In this document: positions 22,707-31,919 of the stretch, one piece after another | Numbering within the stretch: the first letter of the stretch is position 1 | How the letters are laid out: the number at the start of each line of letters is the position of its first letter | Assembly (NCBI GenBank): GCA_049968255.1 | Contig: JBMFRB010000006.1 | Span: 190,207-254,206, forward strand | Origin: Candidatus Sumerlaeaceae bacterium | GTDB taxonomy: Bacteria; Sumerlaeota; Sumerlaeia; Sumerlaeales; Sumerlaeaceae | Reading direction: 5' to 3' | Length of the DNA: 64,000 nt | Made by a program: the position numbers and the translations under genes | The notes under the pieces: generated by a model | Seen by the model: the letters and a program-made list of their open reading frames with translations, nothing else | What the model was told of the DNA's origin: nothing | Databases searched by the model: none

Positions 22707-22867
22707 GGTTTTGCGGGGACGAAGAAGTAGGCATGACACGTCGCCCAGCAGAGATGTACTTTTAGCTTGCCTTTGGGTTGGATGCTTCCGAGCACAGCGT
22801 ACGGCTCATGCGGCATGCCGCTGCTGCGCAAGACTTAGCGCAAAATTTTTTCGAAAGGTGAGCTGCC

Positions 22868-23440
22868 TTGGCTGAGAATTTCCCGATTGAACGTGTGATC
22901 ATGGAAGCGGACGACCTTGCGCGGGAACTAGCACTGCTGGCCGCCACGCTTCACCGTGACTTTCCGCACGACCCGCAACTTGTGCTGCTGGGCATCAAGA
23001 CGCGCGGCATTTTCCTGGCACAGCGTTTGGCGCAGTTGATGGAAGCGAATCATGGGCAAAAAGTGAAAACGGGCGAGATAGACATCACGCTCTACCGCGA
23101 TGACCTTTCGACCCTTGGGCCGCAACCTGTGGTGGGCAAGACAACGATAGACTTCGACGTGACGGACAAGAAGATCGTGCTCATTGACGACGTGATCTTC
23201 ACGGGGCGCACGATCCGCGCGGGGCTTGACGAGATTGTGGATTTTGGCCGGCCGCGCCTGATTCGTCTGCTTGTGGTGGTGGATCGCGGGTTGCGCGAGT
23301 ATCCAATCCAACCGGACTATGTGGCACGGCGCATCGAGACCGATTACTCGCAGGTGGTGCAGGTGCGTCTGACCGAGGTGGACGGCGAGGATCGCGTGGT
23401 TTTGTGCCGCTTGCCCGGCGCCGTGAGCCCCCAAAGTTAG
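22868..23440 (+). CDS. pyrR: Pyrimidine operon attenuator / uracil phosphoribosyltransferase PyrR
   Basis: GIKTRG, DITLYRDDL, VLIDDVIFTGRTIRA, VDRG.RE.PI.PDYV; TTG start. Confidence 0.92.
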   Translation: MAENFPIERVIMEADDLARELALLAATLHRDFPHDPQLVLLGIKTRGIFLAQRLAQLMEANHGQKVKTGEIDITLYRDDLSTLGPQPVVGKTTIDFDVTDKKIVLIDDVIFTGRTIRAGLDEIVDFGRPRLIRLLVVVDRGLREYPIQPDYVARRIETDYSQVVQVRLTEVDGEDRVVLCRLPGAVSPQS

Positions 23441-23502
23441 TCCGCAGAACAAAAAATAAACTACGTTCGTTCTCGGTACGCTTTGGCGGAACATTTACGG
23501 AT

Positions 23503-23578
23503 GCTGGCGTAGCTCAGCTGGCAGAGCAGCTGACTTGTAATCAGCAGGTCGTCGGTTCGAATCCGACCGCCAGCTCCA
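23503..23578 (+). tRNA. tRNA-Thr (anticodon UGU)
   Basis: GCTGGCGTAGCTCAGCTGGCAGAGCAGCTGACTTGTAATCAGCAGGTCGTCGGTTCGAATCCGACCGCCAGCTCCA: canonical cloverleaf with CCA. Confidence 0.97.
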
Positions 23579-23582
23579 CTTT

Positions 23583-24728
23583 TCATATCCACTCGATGAT
23601 CACCAATTTGCCCATGGCACGGAGCTTTTCGGCTAACAAGGGAACGATTTGCTGACGCCGCAAGATCCTCATCTGGAAAAAAGGCTGCGATGCCGTGGCG
23701 GGATTTTCGGATTTCCCCACCAAGAAAGTGATGTGGTCCGCCCGAACGAATTCCTCGTAGAGCTGGACCACCACGTTACGCTCTTCGATAGCTCGTGGCG
23801 CGGCGTCGAGCAGGTTATAGAGCTGGTTGAGGCTGACTGCACCTTCTGTGGCGTAGTCCACGCCGTCGAGCAAAAGGCGGGGCGGGCAATACGAGTGAAG
23901 TGATTTAGGGTCAACGATGGCTTCCGTGCCCAGTACGCGCGCGACAATTCCTGCCGTGGTCCCGCCACACACGATTTTGCATCCTTCGGAGGACAAGAAT
24001 TCCCTGACAACTTCCGCGTCCCTTGCTGGATCGCTGGGAGGACCGGTGAGAACAACAACGCGCCTAGCCCGTCGCAGGAGAATGAAGACGGCGGTGGCAT
24101 CGTCTGTTTGATCCGTAGCCGACAGCTCCTGTGCCCGCTTGACGAGAAAATGCGGCAAGCGTCGCAGCGACTCTGTGGCAAGAAAGAATTCCCCTTCGCG
24201 GCGGATGCCCTCGATGCCCCATCCCCAAGGCAATCCGTGACCAACACCAGCTTGAGTGACGCCGTCAGAAAAGAGCAAAAGGCCGTCGTTCTCTCTTAGT
24301 TCGAAACCATACTTGGCTACGAGGGCCCCGCCAAGGGAGACGTGCTCGGCCGGAACAGGATGCAGCCGTCGCCTCGAAAGCATGAGTGGCTCGGGCATCT
24401 CGTAAGCATAGACGGTGGCAGCGCCCGAAGGCATAAAATGGGCCACCGAGAGGGCCGACCACAAGGAGAGTTGGCGGCGATTTTCTTCGAGGGTGCTGAT
24501 AACGTCGCCGAGCGCATGGACGAGCGGGGTGGCGCACTCGATCTTTGCTCGCAAGCGTGTGAGAGCGAAATGGGCCGCCAGATTTGCGCGAATGCCACTC
24601 TTGAGGCCGTCACCCAGCATGACATAGGTGGCTTCGGGCTGGCGCAGCGTCACCACCACGTCCCCACTTGGGCTGTCGGGGATTTTGGGGATCTGGGCAT
24701 GCTCTATTTCAGCGTAAAGGCTTAGCAT
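23583..24728 (-). CDS. SpoIIE/PP2C-type Ser/Thr phosphatase (HfsC-like), hydrogenase-associated
   Basis: SGDVV, LGDGLKSG, FSDGVTQAG, DDATAV PP2C motifs plus the TGPP..D and CGGTT C-terminal domain; overlaps the hydS 3' end. Confidence 0.88.
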   Translation of the reverse strand: MLSLYAEIEHAQIPKIPDSPSGDVVVTLRQPEATYVMLGDGLKSGIRANLAAHFALTRLRAKIECATPLVHALGDVISTLEENRRQLSLWSALSVAHFMPSGAATVYAYEMPEPLMLSRRRLHPVPAEHVSLGGALVAKYGFELRENDGLLLFSDGVTQAGVGHGLPWGWGIEGIRREGEFFLATESLRRLPHFLVKRAQELSATDQTDDATAVFILLRRARRVVVLTGPPSDPARDAEVVREFLSSEGCKIVCGGTTAGIVARVLGTEAIVDPKSLHSYCPPRLLLDGVDYATEGAVSLNQLYNLLDAAPRAIEERNVVVQLYEEFVRADHITFLVGKSENPATASQPFFQMRILRRQQIVPLLAEKLRAMGKLVIIEWI

Positions 24729-26502
24729 GATTGGCGTGCATGGCACTCGGTTGCAGGTCGATTGCGTGTGGTTCGACAAGGGCCGCTTCGAGCAGGTTTT
24801 TGACAAGTTCTTCGCCGTGCGCAGTGTGCTCAGCCAGAAGCCTCGTGATATCCTGCGCCATACGCACCTGGTGTTCGAGCAACTGGCGACTGCGCTCGAG
24901 GGCCTCCCGATGAATCGTGGCCAGGCGCTCGCGATTAAGGTTGCTTTCGGTGACATCCACAAAGATCCCCACGATCTGCTCGTCTTGTTCGAGCGCGTAA
25001 ACGATCTGGTGGAAAATGCGGCCGTAGCGCGGCTCTGGTGCGGTGCGCTCGACTCTTGCGGCCCGGCCAGCAAGTACTTGCTCGAAAGGTGTAGCATCCG
25101 TCAGGTAAGAGATGTGACGCCCTAAGATGACATTTGAGCAAAGAAACATTTTCTCGAAGGCTGGATTCATCGCGATGATGCGCAGCTCATTGTCGAGAAT
25201 GACAATGCCATTGGGGCTTGTCTCCATGATGCGATCCACTCGGCGCTCGGCGAGCAGGCGCATGCGCGGCATGCACATTTCCGGCTCAGCCAGACCGCGG
25301 ACGACGGCGAGGGCTTTTTCGCGGCACGAGCGATAACCGCAAGCGCCGCAATCTAGTTGGTCGCGCGGATCAATTTTACCGATGCGGGCCAGAGCTCGGC
25401 GAATTGCGTCTTCAGTGGGGACGGTGCCATCAACCGCATGCGGCGTGTAGCTAGTAAGTAGCCAAGGCTTCCAGTCCGGCAGCGGCGGCGTGCTTGGAGA
25501 TCTGCTTGGGCCATTGCTCTGGCGTGCATGACTCAGCACGCGCAAGCGGCGCTGAAAAACACTCTCCTCGTCTGTGATGCCGGGGCCACCGATGCAGCCG
25601 CCATTGCAGAAGAGCGGCTCGACAACGGTGAGGCGCTGCGGCATAGGCGCTGCAAGACACTCCTGCAGCGGCTGGACACCCGAGATGCTGAAGACTTCAG
25701 GTGTGAGCAGGTCCGTTGGCAAGTCGGAGGCGTGAAGATGGCCTCCGGCCACAGGGAAAAGGCGGCCGCGCGAGGACCCCTCCTCATCAAATCGGCTTTC
25801 TTCCAACTGGTCGAATCTCAGGCCCTCGCGCTCGAACCACGCACGAAGTTCGCCAAACGTGAGCACACAGTCCACTAACCCTTGGTGCACCGCACGCTGA
25901 GCTTCGAACTTCTTGGCCACACAGGGTCCGATGAAGACCACAGCATCGGCGCCAACTTCGTTGCGTAGGTGCCGCCCGTGGGCGATCATCGGCGACACGA
26001 TGGGTACCAGGACGTCGACCGAGTGGGGAGCATAGAGCTCGACATAGCGAACGACCGTGGGGCAGGCGCTCGTCACGACAAGCGTAGGGCCGTCGTGCTT
26101 TTCCGCAAGCCACTGGGATGTGGCACGAGCCACAGCATCAGCCCCGACCGAAGTTTCGGCCACGTAGGAAAAGCCTAGTTTGCGCAACGCACTAGCGAGC
26201 CGAGGTATTTCGTGCTCGCCAAATGCCGCTGGATAAGTCGGCGCAACGCTCGCTGCGATTTTCTTGCCTGAGGCCAGCAGCTGCGCAGCCCAAGTCGTGT
26301 CGTCGCGGATGACCTTTGCGTTCTGGGGGCACTCTCGGACGCAGGTGCCACAGAAGAGACAACGTTCCTCGACGACCTGGGCTTGCCCGTCCTTCATCCG
26401 GATGGCCTTGACCGGACAGACCCGTACGCAACGGTAACAGTCGCGACACTTGGCGCGATTAGTGGAAATCAGCGGGGTTCTATTTGGGGCAAGGCCATTC
26501 AT
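24709..26502 (-). CDS. hydS: Sensory [FeFe]-hydrogenase (group C, HydS/HfsB-like) with PAS domain
   Basis: Two N-terminal ferredoxin motifs, variant H-cluster motifs TSACP / GPCVAKKFE / EPLFCNGGCIGG, CGACGYRSC Fe-S motif, PAS (ETSPNGIVILD..NPAFEKMF). Confidence 0.88.
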   Translation of the reverse strand: MNGLAPNRTPLISTNRAKCRDCYRCVRVCPVKAIRMKDGQAQVVEERCLFCGTCVRECPQNAKVIRDDTTWAAQLLASGKKIAASVAPTYPAAFGEHEIPRLASALRKLGFSYVAETSVGADAVARATSQWLAEKHDGPTLVVTSACPTVVRYVELYAPHSVDVLVPIVSPMIAHGRHLRNEVGADAVVFIGPCVAKKFEAQRAVHQGLVDCVLTFGELRAWFEREGLRFDQLEESRFDEEGSSRGRLFPVAGGHLHASDLPTDLLTPEVFSISGVQPLQECLAAPMPQRLTVVEPLFCNGGCIGGPGITDEESVFQRRLRVLSHARQSNGPSRSPSTPPLPDWKPWLLTSYTPHAVDGTVPTEDAIRRALARIGKIDPRDQLDCGACGYRSCREKALAVVRGLAEPEMCMPRMRLLAERRVDRIMETSPNGIVILDNELRIIAMNPAFEKMFLCSNVILGRHISYLTDATPFEQVLAGRAARVERTAPEPRYGRIFHQIVYALEQDEQIVGIFVDVTESNLNRERLATIHREALERSRQLLEHQVRMAQDITRLLAEHTAHGEELVKNLLEAALVEPHAIDLQPSAMHANHAKPLR

Positions 26503-26508
26503 TGGCGG

Positions 26509-28545
26509 TCACCTCGCTGCCACTTCGGTGCTTTCTGCCATGGCGAGCTGCCTTTCGATTTCTTCCACAACGCCCTCAACTGTCGCTTCGCTGATGAGGT
26601 TTCTTCCCACGGCGACGTTTGGGCCGTTGCGGCAGTTTTCGAAGCAGAAGGTTCCTTTGACAGCAACTTTGTCCTCCCAGCCGCGGGCTTGGCATGCTTG
26701 CACAAGCTGGTTGATCAGGTTGCGGCTGCCGCGCAGGAAACAGTTCGTACCCACGCAAACGGTCACGTTGAGGCGCGCTGCTTTGGGGCGCACGATGTCC
26801 ACAGGCTCTGCAGCCACGCGTCGGCGGCTCAGGTAGTGCGTATGCAGGAGTTCATGTGCTTTGGGGCTGGCCGGCGCTTCCAGGACAGTGCGATAGCACT
26901 CCATAACTGCGGGGTTTTGTTGGGCAGTATGGATCTCGACGCAACGGTCAATATCGTAGAGGGCTGCTGCGCGCTTGGCGATGGTGTTGCGCCGCGTGGA
27001 GACTGGCTGGCCGGCTCCTCCCACGCAACCCATAGGACATGCCATGACCTCGATGAGATCGTAGGAGGACTCGCCGGCAACGACTTTCTCTGCAATCCGG
27101 CGCGCGTTGGCTAGGCCATGTACCACGGCAATGCTGATTGGCATTCCGCCGATTTCGATCTTTGCTTCGCGTATGCCCTCGGTGCCACGGACTTCCTGGA
27201 ACTCAATTCGTACGAGGTCGGTGGCGTAAGTTTTGGAAACGACATAGCGCAGAACGGCCTCGGCCACGCCACCTGTTGTTCCGAATATAATTCCGGCACC
27301 GGACTTCTGGCCAAACGGCAGATCCATTGGCTCGGGACGTATTGAGGCCAGATCGAGCCCTTGGGCCTCGATCATCGCAATCAGTTCTTGTGTTGTGAGG
27401 ACGTAGTCCACCTCACGCCGGCCGTTACGCGTGAACTCTGGCCGCCGTGCTTCGAATTTCTTGGCTGTGCACGGCATGATGGATACACACACTAGCTGCT
27501 GGGGCTCGACGCCCAGCGCGGTGGGTAATGTGGCCTTGGCAAGCGAACCGAACATCTGCTGTGGAGAGCGGCACGAGCTTAGGTGGCCAAGCAAAGACGG
27601 AAAGTACTGCTCGGCAAACTTCACCCACGCCGGACAGCAGGAGGTAAACATAGGCAGTTTGCCGCCTTGCTCTTTGCGCTGTAAAAACTCCGTGCCTTCC
27701 TCGATCACTGTGAGATCAGCGGCAAAACAAGTATCATAAACTTGGGCGAATCCGAGCCTGCGCAACGCCGCGGCAATCTGGCCCGTGGCCACCGTGCCGC
27801 TGGGCAAACCTAAAGCTTCGCCCGCAGCAACGCGAACAGCTGGGGCAATCTGGGCGATCACTTTTTTGGTGGGATCGGCCAGAACCTGCCACACTTGCTC
27901 GATTTCCTGCCGAGCTACGATCGCCCCAGTGGGGCAGACGGCTGCGCATTGGCCGCAATGGACGCACTCGCTGCTACCGAGCGGCCGCCCCAACGCCGGC
28001 GTGACTACTGTTCGGCTACCACGAAAAGCAAAGTCTAGCGCCCCCACGGACTGGACTTCACGGCACACGCGCACGCAATCGCCGCAGAGAATGCAGCGGT
28101 TCGGATTTCGTTCGAGTGCCGGCGAAGACTTATCCAGCGGCAGGCCGGCGATGGTCGTTTTGAAGCGGACCTCGCGCACTCCCAAACGGCGCGCTAGGGA
28201 TTGAAGTTTGCACGCGGCGTTTTTCGGACAAGTGGGACAATCACGGTCGTGACTGGCCAACAACAGTTCAACAGCCACGCGACGCATCTCTCGAATTTCA
28301 GGTGACGTGGTGCGCACACGCATGCCAGGCTTGGGAACCGTGGTGCACGAGGTGACAATGCCCAGCCCCTCGACCTCGACAAGACAAAGGCGGCATGCGC
28401 CATAGACGCTGAGATGAGAATGATAGCAAAATGTGGGGATATCAATGTCGGCCTTGCGGCATACTTCGAGTAAATTCCGCTCGCGACCAAATGGGATTTC
28501 TCGACCATCTATGATAAGTTTGTTTTGCTGCGCGTATGGGGTCAT
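26509..28545 (-). CDS. hydA: [FeFe]-hydrogenase catalytic subunit (group A3) with C-terminal thioredoxin-like [2Fe-2S] domain
   Basis: IPTFC..GACRLC, HDRDCPTC, CILCGDC, CVHCGQC; H-cluster TSCCPAW, MPCTAKKFE, EVMACPMGCVGG; C-terminal VCVGTNC..FCFENC. Confidence 0.96.
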   Translation of the reverse strand: MTPYAQQNKLIIDGREIPFGRERNLLEVCRKADIDIPTFCYHSHLSVYGACRLCLVEVEGLGIVTSCTTVPKPGMRVRTTSPEIREMRRVAVELLLASHDRDCPTCPKNAACKLQSLARRLGVREVRFKTTIAGLPLDKSSPALERNPNRCILCGDCVRVCREVQSVGALDFAFRGSRTVVTPALGRPLGSSECVHCGQCAAVCPTGAIVARQEIEQVWQVLADPTKKVIAQIAPAVRVAAGEALGLPSGTVATGQIAAALRRLGFAQVYDTCFAADLTVIEEGTEFLQRKEQGGKLPMFTSCCPAWVKFAEQYFPSLLGHLSSCRSPQQMFGSLAKATLPTALGVEPQQLVCVSIMPCTAKKFEARRPEFTRNGRREVDYVLTTQELIAMIEAQGLDLASIRPEPMDLPFGQKSGAGIIFGTTGGVAEAVLRYVVSKTYATDLVRIEFQEVRGTEGIREAKIEIGGMPISIAVVHGLANARRIAEKVVAGESSYDLIEVMACPMGCVGGAGQPVSTRRNTIAKRAAALYDIDRCVEIHTAQQNPAVMECYRTVLEAPASPKAHELLHTHYLSRRRVAAEPVDIVRPKAARLNVTVCVGTNCFLRGSRNLINQLVQACQARGWEDKVAVKGTFCFENCRNGPNVAVGRNLISEATVEGVVEEIERQLAMAESTEVAAR

Positions 28546-28569
28546 TGGTCTTTCTCCTCGCTCGCTGAG

Positions 28570-30504
28570 TTAGGCATAAGTGATGGCATCAAGCTTGCAG
28601 GCGCTGAAACAGGCTCCGCAGCGAATGCAGCGCTCTTGATCGATGACGTGGGGTTTCTTGCGCTCGCCGCTAATGGCCCCCACGGGACACGCTCGGATAC
28701 ATAGGCCACAGCCGCGGCACTTCTCAGCGATGATGGTGGGCACGGCTAGAGCCTTGCATTGACCAGCCGGGCAGCGCTTGCGGTGGATGTGTGCTTCATA
28801 CTCATGGCGGAAATAGCGCAACGTCGAGAGCACGGGATTGGGGGCGGTTTTGCCAAGGCCGCAAAGCGATCCCTTCTGCACCGTGCGGGCGACGACTTCC
28901 AGCAATTCCAACGTTTGCGGCGTGCCGCGTCCCTCGATGATGTCGTCGAGCAGGGCGAGCATTTGCTTTGTTCCCTCGCGGCAGAGGACGCATTTGCCGC
29001 AGCTTTCGTTTTGCGTGAACTGCATGAAGAAGCGCGCCACTTGCACCATGCAGGTCTGAGAGTTCATCACGACAAGCCCGCCGGATCCCACCATGGCGCC
29101 GACACTCTTGAGGCTGTCGAAATCGAGGGGCAGGTCGAGATGCTCGTGAGTCAGGCAGCCGCCGGAGGGTCCGCCAATCTGTACGGCCTTGAAAGCGTCT
29201 TCGCGGATACGCCCCTTGCCGTCGGTCACCCCTCCACCGATGTCGAAAATGATGTGACGCAGCGTGGCGCCGAACGGCACCTCGATGAGGCCGGTGTTGG
29301 GCACATGTCCGGTGAGTGCAAAGGTTTTTGTTCCGGGGCTGGATGGTGTCCCAAGCGCGCGAAATCTCTGCGGCCCCTCGCGGATAATGAGCGGGACGGT
29401 AGCCAACGTCTCCACGTTATTGATCACCGTTGGCTTTCCCCAAAGACCCGACTGAGCAGGGAATGGCGGCTTGGGGCGCGGCATACCTCGCTGCCCCTCA
29501 ATTGAAGCGATGAGAGCGGTCTCCTCGCCGCAGACGAAGGCCCCAGCGCCCTCCATCAGCTCGATATCCACGGCATAGTTGGTCCCAAAAAGGTCATCGC
29601 CCAAGAGCCCCACTTCGTAGGCGTCGTCAATTGCTCGGCGCAGCCGGTGGACAGCCAAGGGATACTCGGCACGAACGTAGAGGTAACCCTTATGGGCGCC
29701 AATCGCTCGGGCTGCAATCAACATTCCCTCGATTACCGCGTGGGGATTGCCTTCCATGACACTGCGATCCATGAAGGCCCCTGGGTCACCTTCGTCGCCG
29801 TTGCAGATGACATACTTGATGTCGCCGGGCTGTTGACGAGCTGCGTCCCATTTCAGGCCGGTCGGGAAACCACCACCTCCTCGGCCGCGCAGACCCGCCT
29901 CTGTGATGATTTGGCAAATCTGAGCAGGAGTGAGTTGGATGAAAGCTTGCTGCGCAGCGCTGTAGCCACCTAGGCCAATATATTCAAGGATGTTTTCGGG
30001 ATCGATCAGACCACATTGGGCTAACACTAAGCGATGTTGCTTTGTGTAAAAATCAATTTGCTCAGTGTTGACCACGCGCTTTTTCGTGCGCGAGTCCACG
30101 AATAGCAGATGATCGACCGTCTCGCCGCCTAGTAGCGTCTTTTGGACAATCTCTGGGACGTCTTCTGGTTTCACGCGGACGTAGAAAACGTTCTGGGGAA
30201 GGATGGAGACGAGCGGCCCCATCTGGCAAAACCCCTGGCAGCCGCTGCGGCTTACCAGGAACTTGGCGGGGATGCGGTCGGTTGGCTCAGACTGTCCCTC
30301 GACAGCCTCAGCTTTGAGCTGGACCTCGACATCCAGGCCCCACTTGGCAATTTCGTGCAGAAGGGCTTCGTAGACCTTCAGGGAACCGCTAGCCACGCAG
30401 CCGGTGCCGGCGCAGACGATCACGCGTTGACGGATGTTGCGGGTGGCCCGGCGATATTCCTCGGCCATGGCTTCCAGGTCCGCAGTGCGTACAACGGTTG
30501 TCAT
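28570..30504 (-). CDS. hydB: Bifurcating hydrogenase diaphorase subunit (NuoF-like)
   Basis: GLRGRGGGGFPTG, NGDEGDPGAFMDR, GAFVCGEETAL, GGPSGG, ESCGKCVLCREG, N-terminal [2Fe-2S] and C-terminal 2x[4Fe-4S]. Confidence 0.94.
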   Translation of the reverse strand: MTTVVRTADLEAMAEEYRRATRNIRQRVIVCAGTGCVASGSLKVYEALLHEIAKWGLDVEVQLKAEAVEGQSEPTDRIPAKFLVSRSGCQGFCQMGPLVSILPQNVFYVRVKPEDVPEIVQKTLLGGETVDHLLFVDSRTKKRVVNTEQIDFYTKQHRLVLAQCGLIDPENILEYIGLGGYSAAQQAFIQLTPAQICQIITEAGLRGRGGGGFPTGLKWDAARQQPGDIKYVICNGDEGDPGAFMDRSVMEGNPHAVIEGMLIAARAIGAHKGYLYVRAEYPLAVHRLRRAIDDAYEVGLLGDDLFGTNYAVDIELMEGAGAFVCGEETALIASIEGQRGMPRPKPPFPAQSGLWGKPTVINNVETLATVPLIIREGPQRFRALGTPSSPGTKTFALTGHVPNTGLIEVPFGATLRHIIFDIGGGVTDGKGRIREDAFKAVQIGGPSGGCLTHEHLDLPLDFDSLKSVGAMVGSGGLVVMNSQTCMVQVARFFMQFTQNESCGKCVLCREGTKQMLALLDDIIEGRGTPQTLELLEVVARTVQKGSLCGLGKTAPNPVLSTLRYFRHEYEAHIHRKRCPAGQCKALAVPTIIAEKCRGCGLCIRACPVGAISGERKKPHVIDQERCIRCGACFSACKLDAITYA

Positions 30505-31019
30505 TGTGCGTCCTCCTCTTGCTGCGCGATTTTGTCCACGAGCTCGACTGCTTGCGAAGGTGTGAGATTGCCATGGACACCATCATCGATCACAACGACG
30601 GGAGCCAGGCCACATGCACCAAGGCAGGAGACGGTCTCGAGCGAGAATTGCATGTCATCGGTCGTGGTGGACGAACCTTCCAGCTTCAGGCGCTCGCGCA
30701 GGGCCTCGAGGATTGCCGTGGAGCCCTTTACGTGGCAAGCCGTACCGTCGCAGACCCTGATCTGGTGCTTGCCTTTGGGCTCGAGCGTGAAGTGCGCGTA
30801 GAAGGTGGCTACACCGTAAACATGGGCGGAGGGGAGGCCGAGAGCTGTCGCCACATATTCGAGAGCTTCAGGGGGAAGGTACCGATAGACCTGTTGAACT
30901 TGTTGAAGAATCGGCACCAGGAGATTTGGGTTTCGCTCGAAGCGATCGAGAATTTCGCAGAGTTGCTGAAAGCGGGCAGCGTTGGATTGACGTTCAACTT
31001 CGCAAGCACATGGCGCCAT
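30501..31019 (-). CDS. hydC: Hydrogenase NuoE-like [2Fe-2S] subunit
   Basis: GVATFYAHF, VCDGTACHVKG, CLGACGLAP; AAGGAGGT SD before ATG 31019; ATGA overlap with hydB. Confidence 0.93.
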   Translation of the reverse strand: MAPCACEVERQSNAARFQQLCEILDRFERNPNLLVPILQQVQQVYRYLPPEALEYVATALGLPSAHVYGVATFYAHFTLEPKGKHQIRVCDGTACHVKGSTAILEALRERLKLEGSSTTTDDMQFSLETVSCLGACGLAPVVVIDDGVHGNLTPSQAVELVDKIAQQEEDAQ

Positions 31020-31027
31020 AGAGGGTA

Positions 31028-31783
31028 CTAGGTGACCTCCTTCTTGGGAATGGTGGGGGCGAGGGACAGCACGCCCAGGGTGAGGGCACGCGTGAGCACG
31101 GCTAAGCTGGCAGAAAAATCCGCCCGCTCGACGAGGACATTTTCCGGCAGTTGCAAAGCGGCGCTGGTGAAATTCCAAATGGCTTTCACGCCGCCGGCAG
31201 CCATCATCTCGGCAACGCTTTGCGCAGCGCTGGCTGGCACAGTGAGGATGCCCAAGGGAATGCTTCGCTGACGCAGGAAGCTGGTGAGGTAGCCGATGGG
31301 CATGATCTCGCGTCCGTGCACCACGAGCCCCACCTTTTCCGGTGCGGCGTCGAAGGCCCCAACGATGTTCAATCCGTAGAGCGAGAAATTATAGCCAAGG
31401 AGAGCCGTCCCCAGGCTGCCAACGCCAACAAGCACGGCCTCGGTCGTCCGACGCCACCCAAGGAAGTCTTCGATGGCAGCGATAAGCTCGGCAATAGGGT
31501 ACCCCACCTTGGGGCGCCCCGAGATCTGCGTCAGCGCCAAGTCTTTGCGGACCTGTGTGGGATCGAAACGTAGATCTGCGGCAAGTTGCGTGCATGAGAC
31601 GACAGTTCGGCCCCGGGCCTGGTAATCCCGGAGAAGTCGGAGATAAAGCGGGAGGCGCCTGACGGAGGGCGTGGGGACCGTCTTTGGTTTTGCGTTGGTT
31701 ATTTGTTTGCTCAGTGTGCCGGCACCCATCTCCTGGGTTTCCCTCGCCTCGCTGTCGAGAATTTTTTCTCGTTTCGTTGTCAT
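31028..31783 (-). CDS. rex: Redox-sensing transcriptional repressor, Rex family (divergent paralog)
   Basis: PSVRRLPLYLR, QVRKDL, VGY, VGVGSLG Rossmann fold, GVKAIWNF; GGAGGA SD. Confidence 0.9.
   Translation of the reverse strand: MTTKREKILDSEARETQEMGAGTLSKQITNAKPKTVPTPSVRRLPLYLRLLRDYQARGRTVVSCTQLAADLRFDPTQVRKDLALTQISGRPKVGYPIAELIAAIEDFLGWRRTTEAVLVGVGSLGTALLGYNFSLYGLNIVGAFDAAPEKVGLVVHGREIMPIGYLTSFLRQRSIPLGILTVPASAAQSVAEMMAAGGVKAIWNFTSAALQLPENVLVERADFSASLAVLTRALTLGVLSLAPTIPKKEVT
31755..31772. promoter_or_regulatory. Palindromic operator candidate TCGAGAA-TTTT-TTCTCGT (variant Rex-type 7-4-7)
   Basis: Directly visible; within the first codons of rex. Confidence 0.6.
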
Positions 31784-31796
31784 GATAGTCCTCCAA

Positions 31797-31814
31797 TAGA
31801 GAAATTATTCTCTA
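31797..31814. promoter_or_regulatory. Palindromic operator candidate TAGAGAA-ATTA-TTCTCTA (variant Rex-type 7-4-7)
   Basis: Perfect 7-bp inverted repeat immediately upstream of the rex SD in an AT-rich promoter region. Confidence 0.7.
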
Positions 31815-31901
31815 AATTGTGTAGTTTGTTGCTTTGATTAAAATTGCGCCTTCGCTTTTTGGATCTTTACCCGGATCAGCGAAAGCTAAAGACCCCATAA
31901 T

Positions 31902-31919
31902 TGGAGAATTGCTTCTCTA
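31902..31919. promoter_or_regulatory. Palindromic operator candidate TGGAGAA-TTGC-TTCTCTA
   Basis: Third GAGAA-N4-TTCTC copy, at the far end of the rex promoter region, overlapping the corrinoid-gene stop codon. Confidence 0.6.

Noticed and set aside
22707-22867. PyrR attenuator
   Set aside because: No AGUCC/AGAGAG-type binding loop or terminator seen, and no pyr genes follow pyrR.
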